From: an uncultured Verrucomicrobiae bacterium
Lineage (GTDB): Bacteria; Verrucomicrobiota; Verrucomicrobiia; Palsa-1439
DNA: 64,000 bases
Assembly (NCBI GenBank): GCA_963812605.1
Contig: CAWEWF010000003.1
Location: 32,001-96,000 of the forward strand
Direction of reading: 5' to 3'
This document shows positions 19,090-30,747 of the stretch, piece after piece (position 1 is the first letter of the stretch; each line of letters starts with the position of its first letter). The translations under genes and the position numbers were made by a program. The notes beneath the pieces were generated by a model, which was given only the letters and a program-made list of their open reading frames with translations, was not told the DNA's origin and did not search any database.

Positions 19090-20507
19090 ATGTCATCTTT
19101 GACCTGAAAAAGATCGTCTCGCAGCGACTCGGGGAGAACTACGAGTTGCATGAGAAGTACATCAACCCGACGCTGGTGAAGGTTTTTCGCACCATCAGTT
19201 TCGACAAGGTTTACACAAAGGCCAAGGGCCAGTATTTGTGGGACAAGGAAGGCAACCGCTATCTCGACATGCTGAGCGGATTCGGGGTATATTCGATTGG
19301 TCGCAACCATCCGCAGGTGGCGCAAGTTATCCGCGACGTACTCGACCTGGATTTGCCCAACATGGTGCAAATGGATTGCGCGTTCCTGGCTGGGCTGTTG
19401 GCCGAGGCGCTCATTAAACGCACACCGCCGCATCTCGATGCCGTTTTCTTTTGCAATTCCGGCACGGAAGCGGTGGAGGCGTCATTGAAGTTTGCCCGCG
19501 CGGCGACGGGCCGCAGCAAGTTCGCCTATCTGGATCACGGTTGGCACGGGTTGTCGCTCGGGTCGCTGGCCATCATGGGGAACGAGGAGTTTCGCGAAGG
19601 ATTTGGCGAAATGTTGCCCGGCGTGGAAGTGCCCTACGGTGATTTGGAAGCGCTGGAAAAGGCGCTGGCGAAGAAGGACATTGCCGCGCTGGCCGTGGAA
19701 TGCATCCAGGGAAAAGGCGTGCGGATTCCGCCGCCGGATTACCTGCCCGCGGCGCAGGCGCTCTGCCGCAAGTACGGCACGCTGTTTTTCTGCGACGAAG
19801 TGCAGACAGGTTACGGCCGAACCGGCAAGTTGTTCTCCTTCCAGCATTGGAACCTGGAGCCCGACATTATTTCCACCAGCAAGGCGCTCAGTGGCGGTTA
19901 CGTGCCGGTCGGCGCGATGATCACGCGCCGCTGGATTTACCAGAAAGTTTTCAATCGCATGGATCGCTGCTGGGTCCATTCGTCGAGCTTTGGCCGCAAC
20001 AATCTCGGGATGGCCGTGGGACTGGCGACCTTACACGTGTTGGAGGAAGAGAAACTCGTTGAACGCAGCGCAGCGCAGGGCCAGAAGCTGATCGACGCCA
20101 TCAATGGGCTGAAGTCCAAACATGAAATGCTGATGGAAGCGCGCGGCAAAGGCTGCATGATCGGCATCGAGTTCCACGAACCGAAGAGTCTCAAGTTAAA
20201 GATGGCGTGGAAGATGATCCACGCGGCGCATGACGGTTTGTTTGCGCAGATGCTGGTGATGCCGCTGTTGGAGAAACACCATGTGTTGACCCAGGTGAGC
20301 GGGAACCACGGGGACATCATTCGCATCCTGCCGCCGTTTGTCATCACGGACGAGGACATCCAGTATTTTGTGCATGCGCTCGACGACGTGCTCAGCGATT
20401 GCTACAAGTTGCCCGGGCCGATGTGGGACCTCGGGGCGAACCTGGTGAAGGCCGCGATGCGCAACAAGGGTGAAAAGCAGCCGGAACCAGCAGCGGCGCC
20501 CGTCTGA
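19090..20507 (+). CDS. hpnO: Class III aminotransferase, hopanoid-associated HpnO
   Basis: DMLSGFGV, NSGTEAVE, DEVQTGYGRTG, HSSSFG; adjacent to hpnN/G/H/shc; true start probably ATG 19090 with one T missing in a T-run (MSSFDLKK). Confidence 0.82.
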
Positions 20508-20528
20508 GGCCCCTCCCACATTTCGACA

Positions 20529-23248
20529 ATGCGACAACGGTCTTTAACTGCGCTGGCGAATACCGTTTGCCGCTGGCCCTGGCTATTACTGGTCGTCGGC
20601 ATTCTGCTGGCGGTCGTTTCCGGTGTTTACACGGTGTACCGCCTGGAATTCAAGACCAGCCGTAACGACTTAATCGGGCGCGACAGCGATTACTGGCGCC
20701 TTTACAGCGAATACGCCAAGGAGTTCCACTCGGAGGAGGATTACGTCATTCTCGTCGAAGGCGACAAACCCGAGCGCAACAAGACCGCGATTGACGCGGT
20801 GGTGCAGGGCCTGTTGTCGCCGCAGAACAATCCACATCCAGGCGATGATCCGGGAGCGCAACAGTTCGTCGCTGACGATCTGTTCTACCAGGTCAACCTG
20901 GAAGCGTTCCAACGGTGGTTCCTGTACTACCTCACGATGGAGGATTTGAACTGCCTCAAGGATTTCCCACAACTGGTATTCGTGCTCCAGCACCAGCCGA
21001 ACATGGCCGGGTTCCTCCATGTCGCCAACGAATCGCTGATGCAGATGGGAATGGCGGGCGCCGACCGGAAAAAATGCACGCTGGGGTTCCTGCCGATGAT
21101 GACGACGGTGGTGGGGCAGATCGGAGATCTTGCGGCCACCACCGGTCCAACCGAATGGCATTCACCGTGGATGCAGGCGTTTATTGGGCCCGGAGAGAGC
21201 GAAAAGGCAGAAGAACAAATGCGGTGGCAAGGATACCAGACCTTCCGTCACGGCAAGATGTTCCTGCTGATGGTGCATCCACGAGTCGAGAAAGGGACGC
21301 CGGAAGCGTTGCATGAAGCGACCGTTCCAAAACTCCGTCGCATCATGGCGCAGGCGCAAGCCCGGTTTCCCGAAGTGAAAATCGGTCTCACCGGCGAGCC
21401 GGTGCTGGATTATGACGAGACGCTCCAGTCACAGCGCGACGCGACCAAGGCGACGGTACTCACGTTGGTCCTTATTTGCATCCTGTTTGTGGTCGGTTTT
21501 CGCGAGGTATTGCGGCCCCTGATGGCGGTGGCGACGATGGTCATCGTCCTGGCGTGCTGCATGGGATACGCCACGCTTTCGGTCGGCCACCTGAATATGA
21601 TCACGGTGACCTTCGCCGTAATGATCCTGGGACTGGGCATTGACCTGGGAATTCAATTCATCGCCCGCTACGAGGAGGAACTGAAGAAAAACCCACGGCG
21701 CGAAGAGGCCGTGCGGATGACCATTCACCACACGGGACCGAGCATCATCACGGCGGGTGTAACGAATGCGGCGGCGTTCTTCGCGATGGGACTCAGCGGT
21801 TTTCGCGGAGTGATCGAACTGGGGATCATCGCCGGCGGCGGGATGCTGATTGCGACGGTAGCGACCATGACCGTGCTGCCGGCGTTATTGTTATTGGTCC
21901 ACCGCAAGGAGGAAGCCACCCACATTCCCACGTGGACGATGGCGGCCCGCGTCGAGCTCATGTTGTTGCGTCGACCGTCATTCACGCTGGGAATCTGCGC
22001 ATTGGTGACCCTGCTTGCAGTTATCGTGGGCGGTCGGGTCCAGTTCGACTACAATGTGCTGAACCTGCAATCCGCCAAGGCCGAGTCCGTGAAGACGGAG
22101 TTGAGCCTCCTCCATGCCGACGCGGAATCGACGATTTTCGCCTCGGTTGTTTGCAGCAATCTCGATGAGGCGCGACAATTACAGAATCGGCTGGTCCAAC
22201 TGCCAACGGTCCGGTCCGTCCATAGCATCGCGGAGATGATTCCCGAAGACCAGGAGTCGAAGATCAAGATGATTCAGGATATCCGGCAGGCGCTGGGCAC
22301 GATTCACTTCGACGTGATACCGGATGATCCGGAGGAAGTTCTCAAGGCGCTGGGATCACTGCGGCTGCGCGCCAATGCGCTGGCCCGCGAGGCGGGACAA
22401 CACGGCGACAAGGCGAGCTTTGGAAGTTTTGAGTCCCGCTCACGAATGCGCTGACCCAGGCGCAGGTAAAACTAAAGCGGCCGACCGGTACCAATTTCAG
22501 TCGCGCCTGACCGATTATGAGCACCATTTCTACTCCGATTTGGAGTCGCAACTGGTGATCATCGCCACCCAGGCGGACCGCCCAATGACCGATTGAGGAC
22601 GTGCCCGCCCAGGTGCGGCGGATGTTTCGTCGGCAAGACCGGAAAGTTCCTCGTGCAGGTGTTTCCACGGGAGAACATTTGGGAGCGGGAGCCGTTGGTG
22701 AAGTTCGTGCGCGAGGTGCGCGAGGTTGCTCCCGGGGTGACCGACACGCCGTCGGGGTTGTACGAGTTTGTGGACATCCTGTTGCGCGGGTACATCAAGG
22801 CGGCGCTATGGGCGTTCCTGGTGATCACCGTGCTGATCTTTATGGATTTTCGCAATGCCTACGCGGCGCTGTTGACGCTGTTGCCGCTGATTGTCGGGAT
22901 GATCTGGATGGTCGGGGTGATGGTGGCGGCGCGGATCGATTTCAATCCCGCCAACATCATGGTGCTGCCGTTGATCGTGGGCATTGGCGTGGCGTACGGG
23001 ATTTATGTGGTCCAGCGCTATCGCGAGAGCCACGAAGCGACGTTCTACAGCAAGAGCACGGGACGCGCCGTGATTCTCTCGGCGTTGACGACCACGTTTG
23101 CGTTCGCCAGCCTGCTCGTCGGCGCGCACCGCGGCATCCGCAGCCTGGGTTGGTGATGACGATCGGCGTCATTGCCTGCCTGATCGCCGCGCTGGCGCTG
23201 CTGCCGGCGTTACTGGAGACCGCGCGCCGCAAGGGCTGGAAGGTGTAG
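20529..23248 (+). CDS. hpnN: MMPL/RND hopanoid transporter HpnN (several frameshifts at about 22430-22630 and 23150)
   Basis: GLTGEPVL, GLGIDLGIQF, second repeat NPANIMVLPLIVGIGVAYGIY, HRGIRSLG. Confidence 0.88.
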
Positions 23249-23990
23249 CTGCTCGACGGCGGCCTGGAGGAAGCGGGCGAGCTTGTCGCCGGAATGCTTG
23301 GCGCGGTAACCGAGGCGCGCGAGATCGGCGAGCACGCGCGGGTCGCGGGCACAACTGGAAATCACCCGCTTCGCGCGCAACTGGCCGAGCACGAAGAAAT
23401 CGTTGAACTCGTCGGGCAGGTTTTCGTGAACGTTGTCGGTAATGCAGCGGACAGCAAGGAAATCCGTCTTGCGGGCCGCGCAGACGGCGGCGACAGCGCT
23501 GGTTTCCATGTCGACGGCCAGGGCGCCGGTGGCCGTGCCGAGCCGCGCCTTGTTCTCCGCTCGCAGCACCATCTCATCAGTCGTCAGGATTTTTCCATAA
23601 TGGACGCGCAGTCCCGGCGTGTCCTCACCGTTGATGCGATTCGGGCGAATGGGTTTGTGAGTGGAGTCCCACGTGATCCTGGTTCCCTGATCCTTGCGCA
23701 GGTCAAGAATCTCGGTGCCGACGACGATGTCGCCGGCATGCATGTCCGGTCTGAAGTCCGCCGCCGAAACCGGAACTGATGACCAGATCCGGCCGGTAAC
23801 AGTGGATGGTCATCTCGGCGGCGATGCGGGCGCATTCCTTGCCGATGCCGAGCGCCAGCAGGGCAACAGGCTGGCCGCCGAGCGTGCCTTCGTGGAAGTC
23901 GAGGTGTTCCTGGCGGACGACGTGATTGGCGTCAGCGCGACGCAGGATGGGCTTGAGTTCCTGACGAACGGCAACAAGGATGGCGATCAT
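23210..23990 (-). CDS. hpnG: Nucleoside phosphorylase family, HpnG-like (frameshift near 23745)
   Basis: LVISSGFGGGL, AGDIVV, AVDMETSAVA, VRCITD; downstream of hpnH. Confidence 0.82.
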
Positions 23991-24028
23991 GGTTTTCGGC
24001 GCCTCAACGAAGCGCCGCGACGGCCCGC

Positions 24029-25399
24029 CTAGCTGCAGCAGTCGTCACCCTCGGCATGTTCGTGGCCGTGGGCATGGGCTGTCGCGGCGACGGCAGCATT
24101 GACTTCCTTGTCCGCGAGCACCTGGCGGATATTGGATTGCACCGAGTCGCGCTTGCCGGTGAGATGGCCCCGGCCGGTAGTGACGCCATTGTAGGCATCC
24201 ACCTGGGAACCTGCGGCAATCGGCTGTGGTTTCGCGCCGAAGTTGTAGCGAATAAGCTTCCAGGTATCGCCCCGCTGGGTATCGATGCCGAGCGACGGCG
24301 TGGGCTCGTAACCGCAGTGTGTCATGCAATTCTCGCAACGCGGGTCGCGGGCCACGCCATTGAAGACGCCGTATTTGTCCCAATCGACCTTTGTGAGCAT
24401 CTCCTGGTAGCCTGCGTAATGGCCGTCGGTCATGAGATAGCAGGGGGCTTTCCAGCCCTTGACATTGCGGGTGGGGATCGCCCAGGCCGTGCAATGCAGG
24501 TCGCGCTTGCCGGCAAGGAATTCAAGGTAGATCGGCGAACCGAAGAAGGTGTATTTCTGGCCCCACTCGACGATGTTCTTGAATTTGTCGCGGGTCAGTT
24601 TGCGCGTGAGGAAGAAGTCCTCGGGCTGCTTGTTGAGGCGCTTGATCATGTCCTTCTTGGCGGCATCGTATTCGTAACCGGGGGTGATGGTATGTCCGTC
24701 CACGCCGAGGGCCGAAAGGAAATCGAACATCTTCTCGATCTCGTCCATGTCGGTCTCTTTATAGACCGTGCAGTTCGTGGCGACTTGATAGCCGAGAATC
24801 TTGGCCATCTTGATGGCTTCGATGCATTCCTTGAAAACGCCTTCACGTTCGACGATAAGATCGTGGATGTATTCGAGACCGTCGATATGGACGTTCCAGT
24901 ACATCCATTTCGAAGGCTTGATGCCGGGGCGGCCGTCATTCTTGCCCTTGCGGATCTCCGCGGCTTCCTTGTCGGTGATGAGTTCCTGCGCCAGCAGTGC
25001 CTTGAGCCTGGGCTCCAGGGAAGGGCTGTAGGTGCGGGCCAGGTGATCGCGCATTTTCTTGCGCATGAACATGCCGTTGGTGCAGACGTAGACAATGCGC
25101 CCTTGGTCGAGCAGGCCGTCAACGAGTTCCTCGATCTTCGGATAGATGAGCGGTTCGCCGCCGCAGATGGAGACCATCGGCGCATTGCACTCGAGGGCCG
25201 AGTCGAGGCACTCCTCAAGGCTCATCATGTCTTTGAGATTGGTGGAGTACTCGCGGATACGGCCGCAGCCGGTGCACGTCAGGTTGCAGGTGTGCAACGG
25301 CTCGAGCTGAAGCACCAGAGCGAATTTTTCGGTCTTCTTGATTTTGTTGGTAATGATGTGGCGGGCCATCTTCGCCGACAGTTTAAAAGGGAATCTCAT
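24029..25399 (-). CDS. hpnH: Radical SAM adenosylhopane synthase HpnH
   Basis: LEPLHTCNLTCTGCGRI, ICGGEPL, PCYL, DPRCENCMTHCGYEP. Confidence 0.93.
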   Translation of the reverse strand: MRFPFKLSAKMARHIITNKIKKTEKFALVLQLEPLHTCNLTCTGCGRIREYSTNLKDMMSLEECLDSALECNAPMVSICGGEPLIYPKIEELVDGLLDQGRIVYVCTNGMFMRKKMRDHLARTYSPSLEPRLKALLAQELITDKEAAEIRKGKNDGRPGIKPSKWMYWNVHIDGLEYIHDLIVEREGVFKECIEAIKMAKILGYQVATNCTVYKETDMDEIEKMFDFLSALGVDGHTITPGYEYDAAKKDMIKRLNKQPEDFFLTRKLTRDKFKNIVEWGQKYTFFGSPIYLEFLAGKRDLHCTAWAIPTRNVKGWKAPCYLMTDGHYAGYQEMLTKVDWDKYGVFNGVARDPRCENCMTHCGYEPTPSLGIDTQRGDTWKLIRYNFGAKPQPIAAGSQVDAYNGVTTGRGHLTGKRDSVQSNIRQVLADKEVNAAVAATAHAHGHEHAEGDDCCS

Positions 25400-25428
25400 T
25401 GTTAGGCTTCTCCTGGGTTCAAAAATTT

Positions 25429-27498
25429 TCAGACTTCAGTCAGATGCGCCAGCGCACGCAGACGCGCCACTTTCCGGAGGATGCGCGGTTGCTTGTAAAA
25501 CAACTGGATGACGCGTGATTTCTCGTGCTCGCGCGGCACGGGCGGGAAGCCCTGCAACAGATGGCGTGCGTACATCCCCAACGCCATGAGCGGGAAATAA
25601 TGGCGGTAATAATGGTAGCGCAGATAAAACACGCGCGGGAAACCGGTGCCGGTGAACAATTCTTCGTCCCAACCGCCATCGAGTTCCTGTTGATTGAGCA
25701 GGTACTTGATGCCGCGGGCGACTTCCGCCGAATTGATTTCGCTGGCGGAAATCAGTCCCATCAGCGCCCAAGCCGTCTGCGAAGCCGTGCTCTTGCCAAT
25801 GCCCTTGAACTGGGTGTCGTCGTAGCTGCGCAAGGACTCGCCCCAGCCGCCGTCGGCGTTTTGCGATGTCTTTAGCCAGGCGACGGCGCGACGGACGTAG
25901 GGGAGACGCATGTCCTCGCCGATCAGGTGCAAGCCGCGCAGCACCTGCCACGTCCCGTAGATGTAATTCGTGCCCCAGCGACCGAACCAGGAGCCATCCG
26001 CGCATTGGTCGCGTTTGAGGAAGCGAATGGCTTTCTGGACGCACTCATCTTCCATGGTAAATCCGAAATGTCCCAGCGACTCCAGGACGCGGGCCGTGAT
26101 GTCCGACGTGCTCGGATCGATCATGGCGTTGTGATCGGCGAAAGGCACCTGGGTGAAGAGCCACTTGTCGTTGTCCTTGTCGAAACTCGCCCAGCCGCCG
26201 TCCTTGCCCTGCATACCGAGGACCCAGCGGGTCCCGCGACGGATGGCGGCGAATTTCTCGCGATCGAACTCCGTGCTGACGCGGTTCAAGGCCATCAAGA
26301 CCATGGCGGTGTCGTCAACATCGGGATAGAATTCGTTGTCGTATTCGAAAAACCACGCGCCCACGGGTTTGTTCGGCTCAGTATAGCGATGGCTCTCGGA
26401 ATGTTTCACGCGCCAGTCACCGGGACGGCGCACTTCCTTGTCCAACAGCCAGCGGGTGGCGGATTGCAGCGCGGCATGGTCGGCGGACAGGCCGGACTCA
26501 TGAAGGGCATTGATGCTGATGGCGGTATCCCACACCGGGGAGAAGCAGGGCTGCAAGCGCAGCGTGTCACCTTCCTCGATTTCGAGTTTTTCCATCTCGC
26601 GGATGCCGTGGACGACGAGGTAACTCTCGTTGCTGTAACCCAGCACACGCAGGGACATGACGTAGTTGGCCATGGCGGGGAAAATCGCGCCCAGGCCGCC
26701 GGGTGTCCGGCCATGCTCGATGACCCAGCGTTCCGCCTTGCGGAGCGCGAAGCGGCGCACGAATGGCACGGGATGATGGCGGTGGACGAATTTCAGCAGG
26801 TGGTCAACCAGTAGAAAGAAATTGTGCCAGGTGCAGGTCCGTTCGTCCCGCGCCAGGCGGATGTCGGCTTTTTCGCGTCCGCCGACCCAGAGTTCATCCA
26901 ACTGCCATTCGCGGGGAAGGGGCTTGACGGGTTCACAGGAGCGGATGATCGACAGCGGCACGAGCATGGCCCGCGACCACGAGGACATATTGTAAATGCT
27001 AAAGCTGAACCACTTCGGGAGAAGAATTAGTTCTGGTGGAATCGCCGGGCAACCGCCCCACGGATAGAGGCCGATCATGGCGAGGGCGATCTTCGTGAAG
27101 GTGTTGCAGCGCGTCATCCCGCCGGCGGCGAGGATCGCGTCGCGGGTCTTGACCATGTGCGGGGCGTTGACGGAATCGCCGGCCATTTTGAGGGCGAGGT
27201 AACCCTTGACGGAGGCGCTGAACTCCATCGGGCCGTCGGGATAGATGGACCAGCCGCCATCGTAGAGGGCCTTGGAGCGAACGTAATTCGCCACCTTGCG
27301 GACGATCACCGGGTCGAGTTTGTCAATAAAATGGAGGTAAAAGAGGTACTCGGACTCCAGAATGGTGTCGCCCTCCAATTCGGCGCACCAATGCCCGTCG
27401 GAGGCCTGCTGATCCAACAACCAATCCTGCGCTCCCGAGATAGCACCTTCGAGCTGCTCAATTAGCTGTAGATAAGAATCTTCCTTCGCTTGAATCAT
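25429..27498 (-). CDS. shc: Squalene-hopene cyclase
   Basis: YPDVDDTA (DXDD), QPCFSPVWDTA, WFGRWGTNYIYGT, QW repeats, FTGTGFPRVFYL. Confidence 0.97.
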   Translation of the reverse strand: MIQAKEDSYLQLIEQLEGAISGAQDWLLDQQASDGHWCAELEGDTILESEYLFYLHFIDKLDPVIVRKVANYVRSKALYDGGWSIYPDGPMEFSASVKGYLALKMAGDSVNAPHMVKTRDAILAAGGMTRCNTFTKIALAMIGLYPWGGCPAIPPELILLPKWFSFSIYNMSSWSRAMLVPLSIIRSCEPVKPLPREWQLDELWVGGREKADIRLARDERTCTWHNFFLLVDHLLKFVHRHHPVPFVRRFALRKAERWVIEHGRTPGGLGAIFPAMANYVMSLRVLGYSNESYLVVHGIREMEKLEIEEGDTLRLQPCFSPVWDTAISINALHESGLSADHAALQSATRWLLDKEVRRPGDWRVKHSESHRYTEPNKPVGAWFFEYDNEFYPDVDDTAMVLMALNRVSTEFDREKFAAIRRGTRWVLGMQGKDGGWASFDKDNDKWLFTQVPFADHNAMIDPSTSDITARVLESLGHFGFTMEDECVQKAIRFLKRDQCADGSWFGRWGTNYIYGTWQVLRGLHLIGEDMRLPYVRRAVAWLKTSQNADGGWGESLRSYDDTQFKGIGKSTASQTAWALMGLISASEINSAEVARGIKYLLNQQELDGGWDEELFTGTGFPRVFYLRYHYYRHYFPLMALGMYARHLLQGFPPVPREHEKSRVIQLFYKQPRILRKVARLRALAHLTEV

Positions 27499-27571
27499 AC
27501 TTTCTGCGACTCCTCCTTCAACCTGTAGCAAGGGAACACTACAATACGGTAACCGGCGTTGTAAAGCTGAT

Positions 27572-30025
27572 TTACGGTAGGTGATTTCCCGTATTATTAC
27601 CCCAAAAATTTCCTAGTTCCGTTGCCAGATTGTAACCGGCTTTGGCACTGGCCATACTTTCAGACCAATCGGGTGGGAAAAGCGTCGAGTACTGCGGCTG
27701 CGCAAAGCGTTGGCACACAAGCACTGCCACGCCCAAATCCGACTCCGAACGGATCAGGCGGCCAACGGATTGGATGACGCGATTCATGCCCGGGTAGAGG
27801 TAGGCAAATTCGAAGCCTTTGCCGTAATGTTCCTCATAGTATTGACGCATCAGTTCCCGCTCGAAACTCACCTGCGGGAGGGCTGGACTGACGATGATCA
27901 CGCCCAAGAGGGTTTCCCCCGGATAATCGACGCCTTCGGCGAACAGTCCGCCTTGAACGGCAAAGATCAGCTTTGGCGGCTGGGGCTCCTTGAGGGATTC
28001 CAAAAGCGCAAGGCGCTGTGGCTCGGACATTTTCGGTTCCTGGACGATCACCTCCCAGAGACCGTTGGGCAGCCGGCTCGCCACGCCGCGCATGAAGTCG
28101 TAACTCGGGAACAGGGCCATGTAGTTTCCGGGCCGGGCGGCGGCAGTGGTCGCGACGATATTGGCGATCTTGCCGTAATGGGCGACCCGCGCCCGATAGG
28201 TGGTCGAAACGGTCGGTACGACAATGATGCGCCGGTTCTCCTTGGGGAAGGGTGAGGGGAAATTCGCCTGGTCGGTCCGCTCAGGATCGAAGCCAAGCAT
28301 TTTTCGGTAGAACTCCATCGGGTCGAGAGTGGCCGACATCGCGATGACGCTGTGGAAACCTTCGAGCCGTTGCGCCAACTGCCGCGAGGGGTCTTTGCAG
28401 ACGATCTTCAGCGCTTCGCCGCCCGTCGTGTCGTAGATGTAGGAGAACTCCTCGCCTTCCATCGCCAGCACGCCGCAGAACTGGCCGAGCGCCGAGAAGA
28501 ATTCGTCCACGGGATCATCGGGGATGACGCGTCCGCTGGTTGTTTTGTCCAACAGGTAGCGCATCGACAGTTTGCTGAACATCGGCTTGAGTTCGTCGAA
28601 AAAACCGCGCGGTGAGGGAATGAGGTATTTGTCCTGGGCGAGTTCGGCGTCGTCGAGTTGGGTGTATTCGTCGGCCTTGGGACGGGTCTGCTGGCGGAAG
28701 AAGTCATCGATTTCGTCGAGGAACTTGCGGAGTTCTTTTGCGAGGGACGGCTCGACGTGGCGCAGGTTGCCGTGCAGGTCGCGGATCTGCTGGCGTGAGA
28801 GAGCGGGGGAATAATATTCCAACGCGCGCTGCACGAGATTGTGCGCTTCGTCGATGATGAGGATGGCGTCCGAGTAATCGGCGTCGAGGAAGAAGCGGCG
28901 GAAGTAGACCTGTGGGTCGAAGACGTAGTTGTAGTCACAGACGATCACATCGGTCAGCTCGGCCTCGATCAGGGCGAGTTCAAAAGGGCACAGGCTTACG
29001 CCGCGACCCGCTTCCATCATGGCTTCGGGAATGATGAGGCGTTGCGCGAGCAGACGGTTCACCACGCCGGTGCCTTCCAGTTTGGCCTGGAAGTCGCGGA
29101 GATGCGGACAGAATTCCTCGCGGCAGGCGTAAACGTCATTGATGCACATGCTCTCGCGTGCGCGAAAGAAGACGGCATTCGGATGGGCCGCGCGGTCTGC
29201 GCCCATGCGCTGGAGAGTTTCGCGGACGATTTGTTGCTGGGTATTCTTGGCGGTGACGAAGAAGACGCGTTTATCGTGGGCGAGCGCGTACTTAACCACG
29301 GGATAGAGCGCCGCGGTGGTTTTGCCCACGCCGGCGGGAGCGGAAACGAGCAGGTGACGGCCTTCATTCAGGGCATGCTCGACCGCCGCCATCATTTCGC
29401 CTTGGTGCGCGCGGGGTTTGTCGTGCGGGAAATGGAGCGAACCGGAATGCGTGCGGCGTTCTTCCTGGCGGCGTTGTTCTTCCTGCGCTCGCGCGATAAG
29501 CGAACGCACGCGGTCGGCGATGAGGCGCTCGCAGTCGTCGAACGGCCCGCGAATTTCGACTTCCTTCGTGGTCCCATCCGCCACATTCACGAAGACCAGG
29601 CGGCCGAGGGCGCTTTTCTGTTCTTGTTCGATGAAGAAACAGTAGAGGCGGAGTTGCTCGACGTAATGCGGATAGGAATTCGCGTCCAGCGCCGCGAACA
29701 CGAGCGGCGGCAGGACGACAGACTTGATTTCCTCGATCACATACGCGCCGCCGTTGTGGGGCGGATGAACGCCGTCGATGCGTCCCGAGATCGTCACGTC
29801 GAACCCATCGACAACGGCCTTGTGGCGGACGGTGATTTCCCGCGCGTACCCTTCGTACAACCCGGCCTGCGTGCGCTGGTGCGTCACATGCGCCTCGCGT
29901 CCCAGCGCCAGCCGCGTCCAGACCCCGAGACCCGCGACGCGATTGCCATTGGAGACCGGCTCCGCGACGATGTCGCCGACGCCGAGGGCGATCTTCTTTT
30001 GGGCCAACTGAATCTTGATGGACAT
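27572..30025 (-). CDS. DinG/XPD-family FeS helicase with N-terminal PD-(D/E)XK nuclease domain
   Basis: GRIDG..EEIKS..QLRLY nuclease; APAGVGKT, FeS Cys cluster, DEAHNL, EGVDYPG, QSVGRLIR. Confidence 0.9.
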   Translation of the reverse strand: MSIKIQLAQKKIALGVGDIVAEPVSNGNRVAGLGVWTRLALGREAHVTHQRTQAGLYEGYAREITVRHKAVVDGFDVTISGRIDGVHPPHNGGAYVIEEIKSVVLPPLVFAALDANSYPHYVEQLRLYCFFIEQEQKSALGRLVFVNVADGTTKEVEIRGPFDDCERLIADRVRSLIARAQEEQRRQEERRTHSGSLHFPHDKPRAHQGEMMAAVEHALNEGRHLLVSAPAGVGKTTAALYPVVKYALAHDKRVFFVTAKNTQQQIVRETLQRMGADRAAHPNAVFFRARESMCINDVYACREEFCPHLRDFQAKLEGTGVVNRLLAQRLIIPEAMMEAGRGVSLCPFELALIEAELTDVIVCDYNYVFDPQVYFRRFFLDADYSDAILIIDEAHNLVQRALEYYSPALSRQQIRDLHGNLRHVEPSLAKELRKFLDEIDDFFRQQTRPKADEYTQLDDAELAQDKYLIPSPRGFFDELKPMFSKLSMRYLLDKTTSGRVIPDDPVDEFFSALGQFCGVLAMEGEEFSYIYDTTGGEALKIVCKDPSRQLAQRLEGFHSVIAMSATLDPMEFYRKMLGFDPERTDQANFPSPFPKENRRIIVVPTVSTTYRARVAHYGKIANIVATTAAARPGNYMALFPSYDFMRGVASRLPNGLWEVIVQEPKMSEPQRLALLESLKEPQPPKLIFAVQGGLFAEGVDYPGETLLGVIIVSPALPQVSFERELMRQYYEEHYGKGFEFAYLYPGMNRVIQSVGRLIRSESDLGVAVLVCQRFAQPQYSTLFPPDWSESMASAKAGYNLATELGNFWGNNTGNHLP

Positions 30026-30747
30026 TGCCGTAGGAATACAGTAGTCAGGAGGAGAAGGCAAAAAGGTAGAAAGCCGAAAGCGCAATGGGGAGCGGGCCGA
30101 GGCTGCGTGTAGTATTCCACACGAAAACCCCTGGAATTTTTCTGATGCAAAAAAGCGAAACCAGTGTGAGAGAAGGAGTGGGCCATGTTCATGGAGTTGA
30201 TACATATGAAAGATATGTATCAGGCTCTGGGAACACACACAGAACGCGGCACGATAAATCACGGAGGCACGGAGAACACAGAGATGGTGGACAGCGCTGG
30301 CGACCGACCCCGAAGGGATCCGCCGTCGCCAAGCCTATGGCACGATGAGGGAGTTTGGAATTAGTAGCCAGTAACCGAGTAGCCGAGGGGAGAGAAGGCC
30401 GGAATACAGAGAGCGGAGATGGGGAACCCGTGACGGAGAAGGGCCAGGGGGAAGATTGGGAATTGGAGATTTGATATTGGGGAGGCGGAAGGGGGAATCG
30501 GCGGTCCCTTCGGTCAGACTCAGGGCAGGCGTAGACTGCCGCAAGGAATTATGAAGCTGAAATCTGCGCTTCACAGAAGCGCCGCTACAGCGGGCCAGTT
30601 TGTTCTGGACATCGGATTCCGATAATTGTATGATGCGGGCTAAACAAATGAACACTCAACTTCTAACGTTCAACGCGGAAGTCTCAAGGGGCGGAAATAC
30701 GACGTGCAGCGTCTCGCTTCGCTCGGTTCCGTCCGACTCGGCTCCCC

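Noticed and set aside
19090-23990. Frameshifts in hpnO, hpnN and hpnG as programmed frameshifting or pathway loss
   Set aside because: No slippery-site plus structure signal recognised; motifs intact on both sides; sequencing indels are the simpler explanation
24056-25405. Long antisense ORFs over hpnH (also over the helicase and the 59951-61225 gene)
   Set aside because: Expected stop-poor shadow frames in GC-rich coding DNA
30491-30501. GGGGGAATCGG repeated at 58662-58672 as possible att core
   Set aside because: Short, purine-rich, within low-complexity repeat regions; serine integrases do not need such a repeat
30230-30540. Short repeats upstream of the helicase as a CRISPR array
   Set aside because: Degenerate 7-9 nt low-complexity repeats and REP-like palindromes without constant repeat-spacer periodicity; no cas operon
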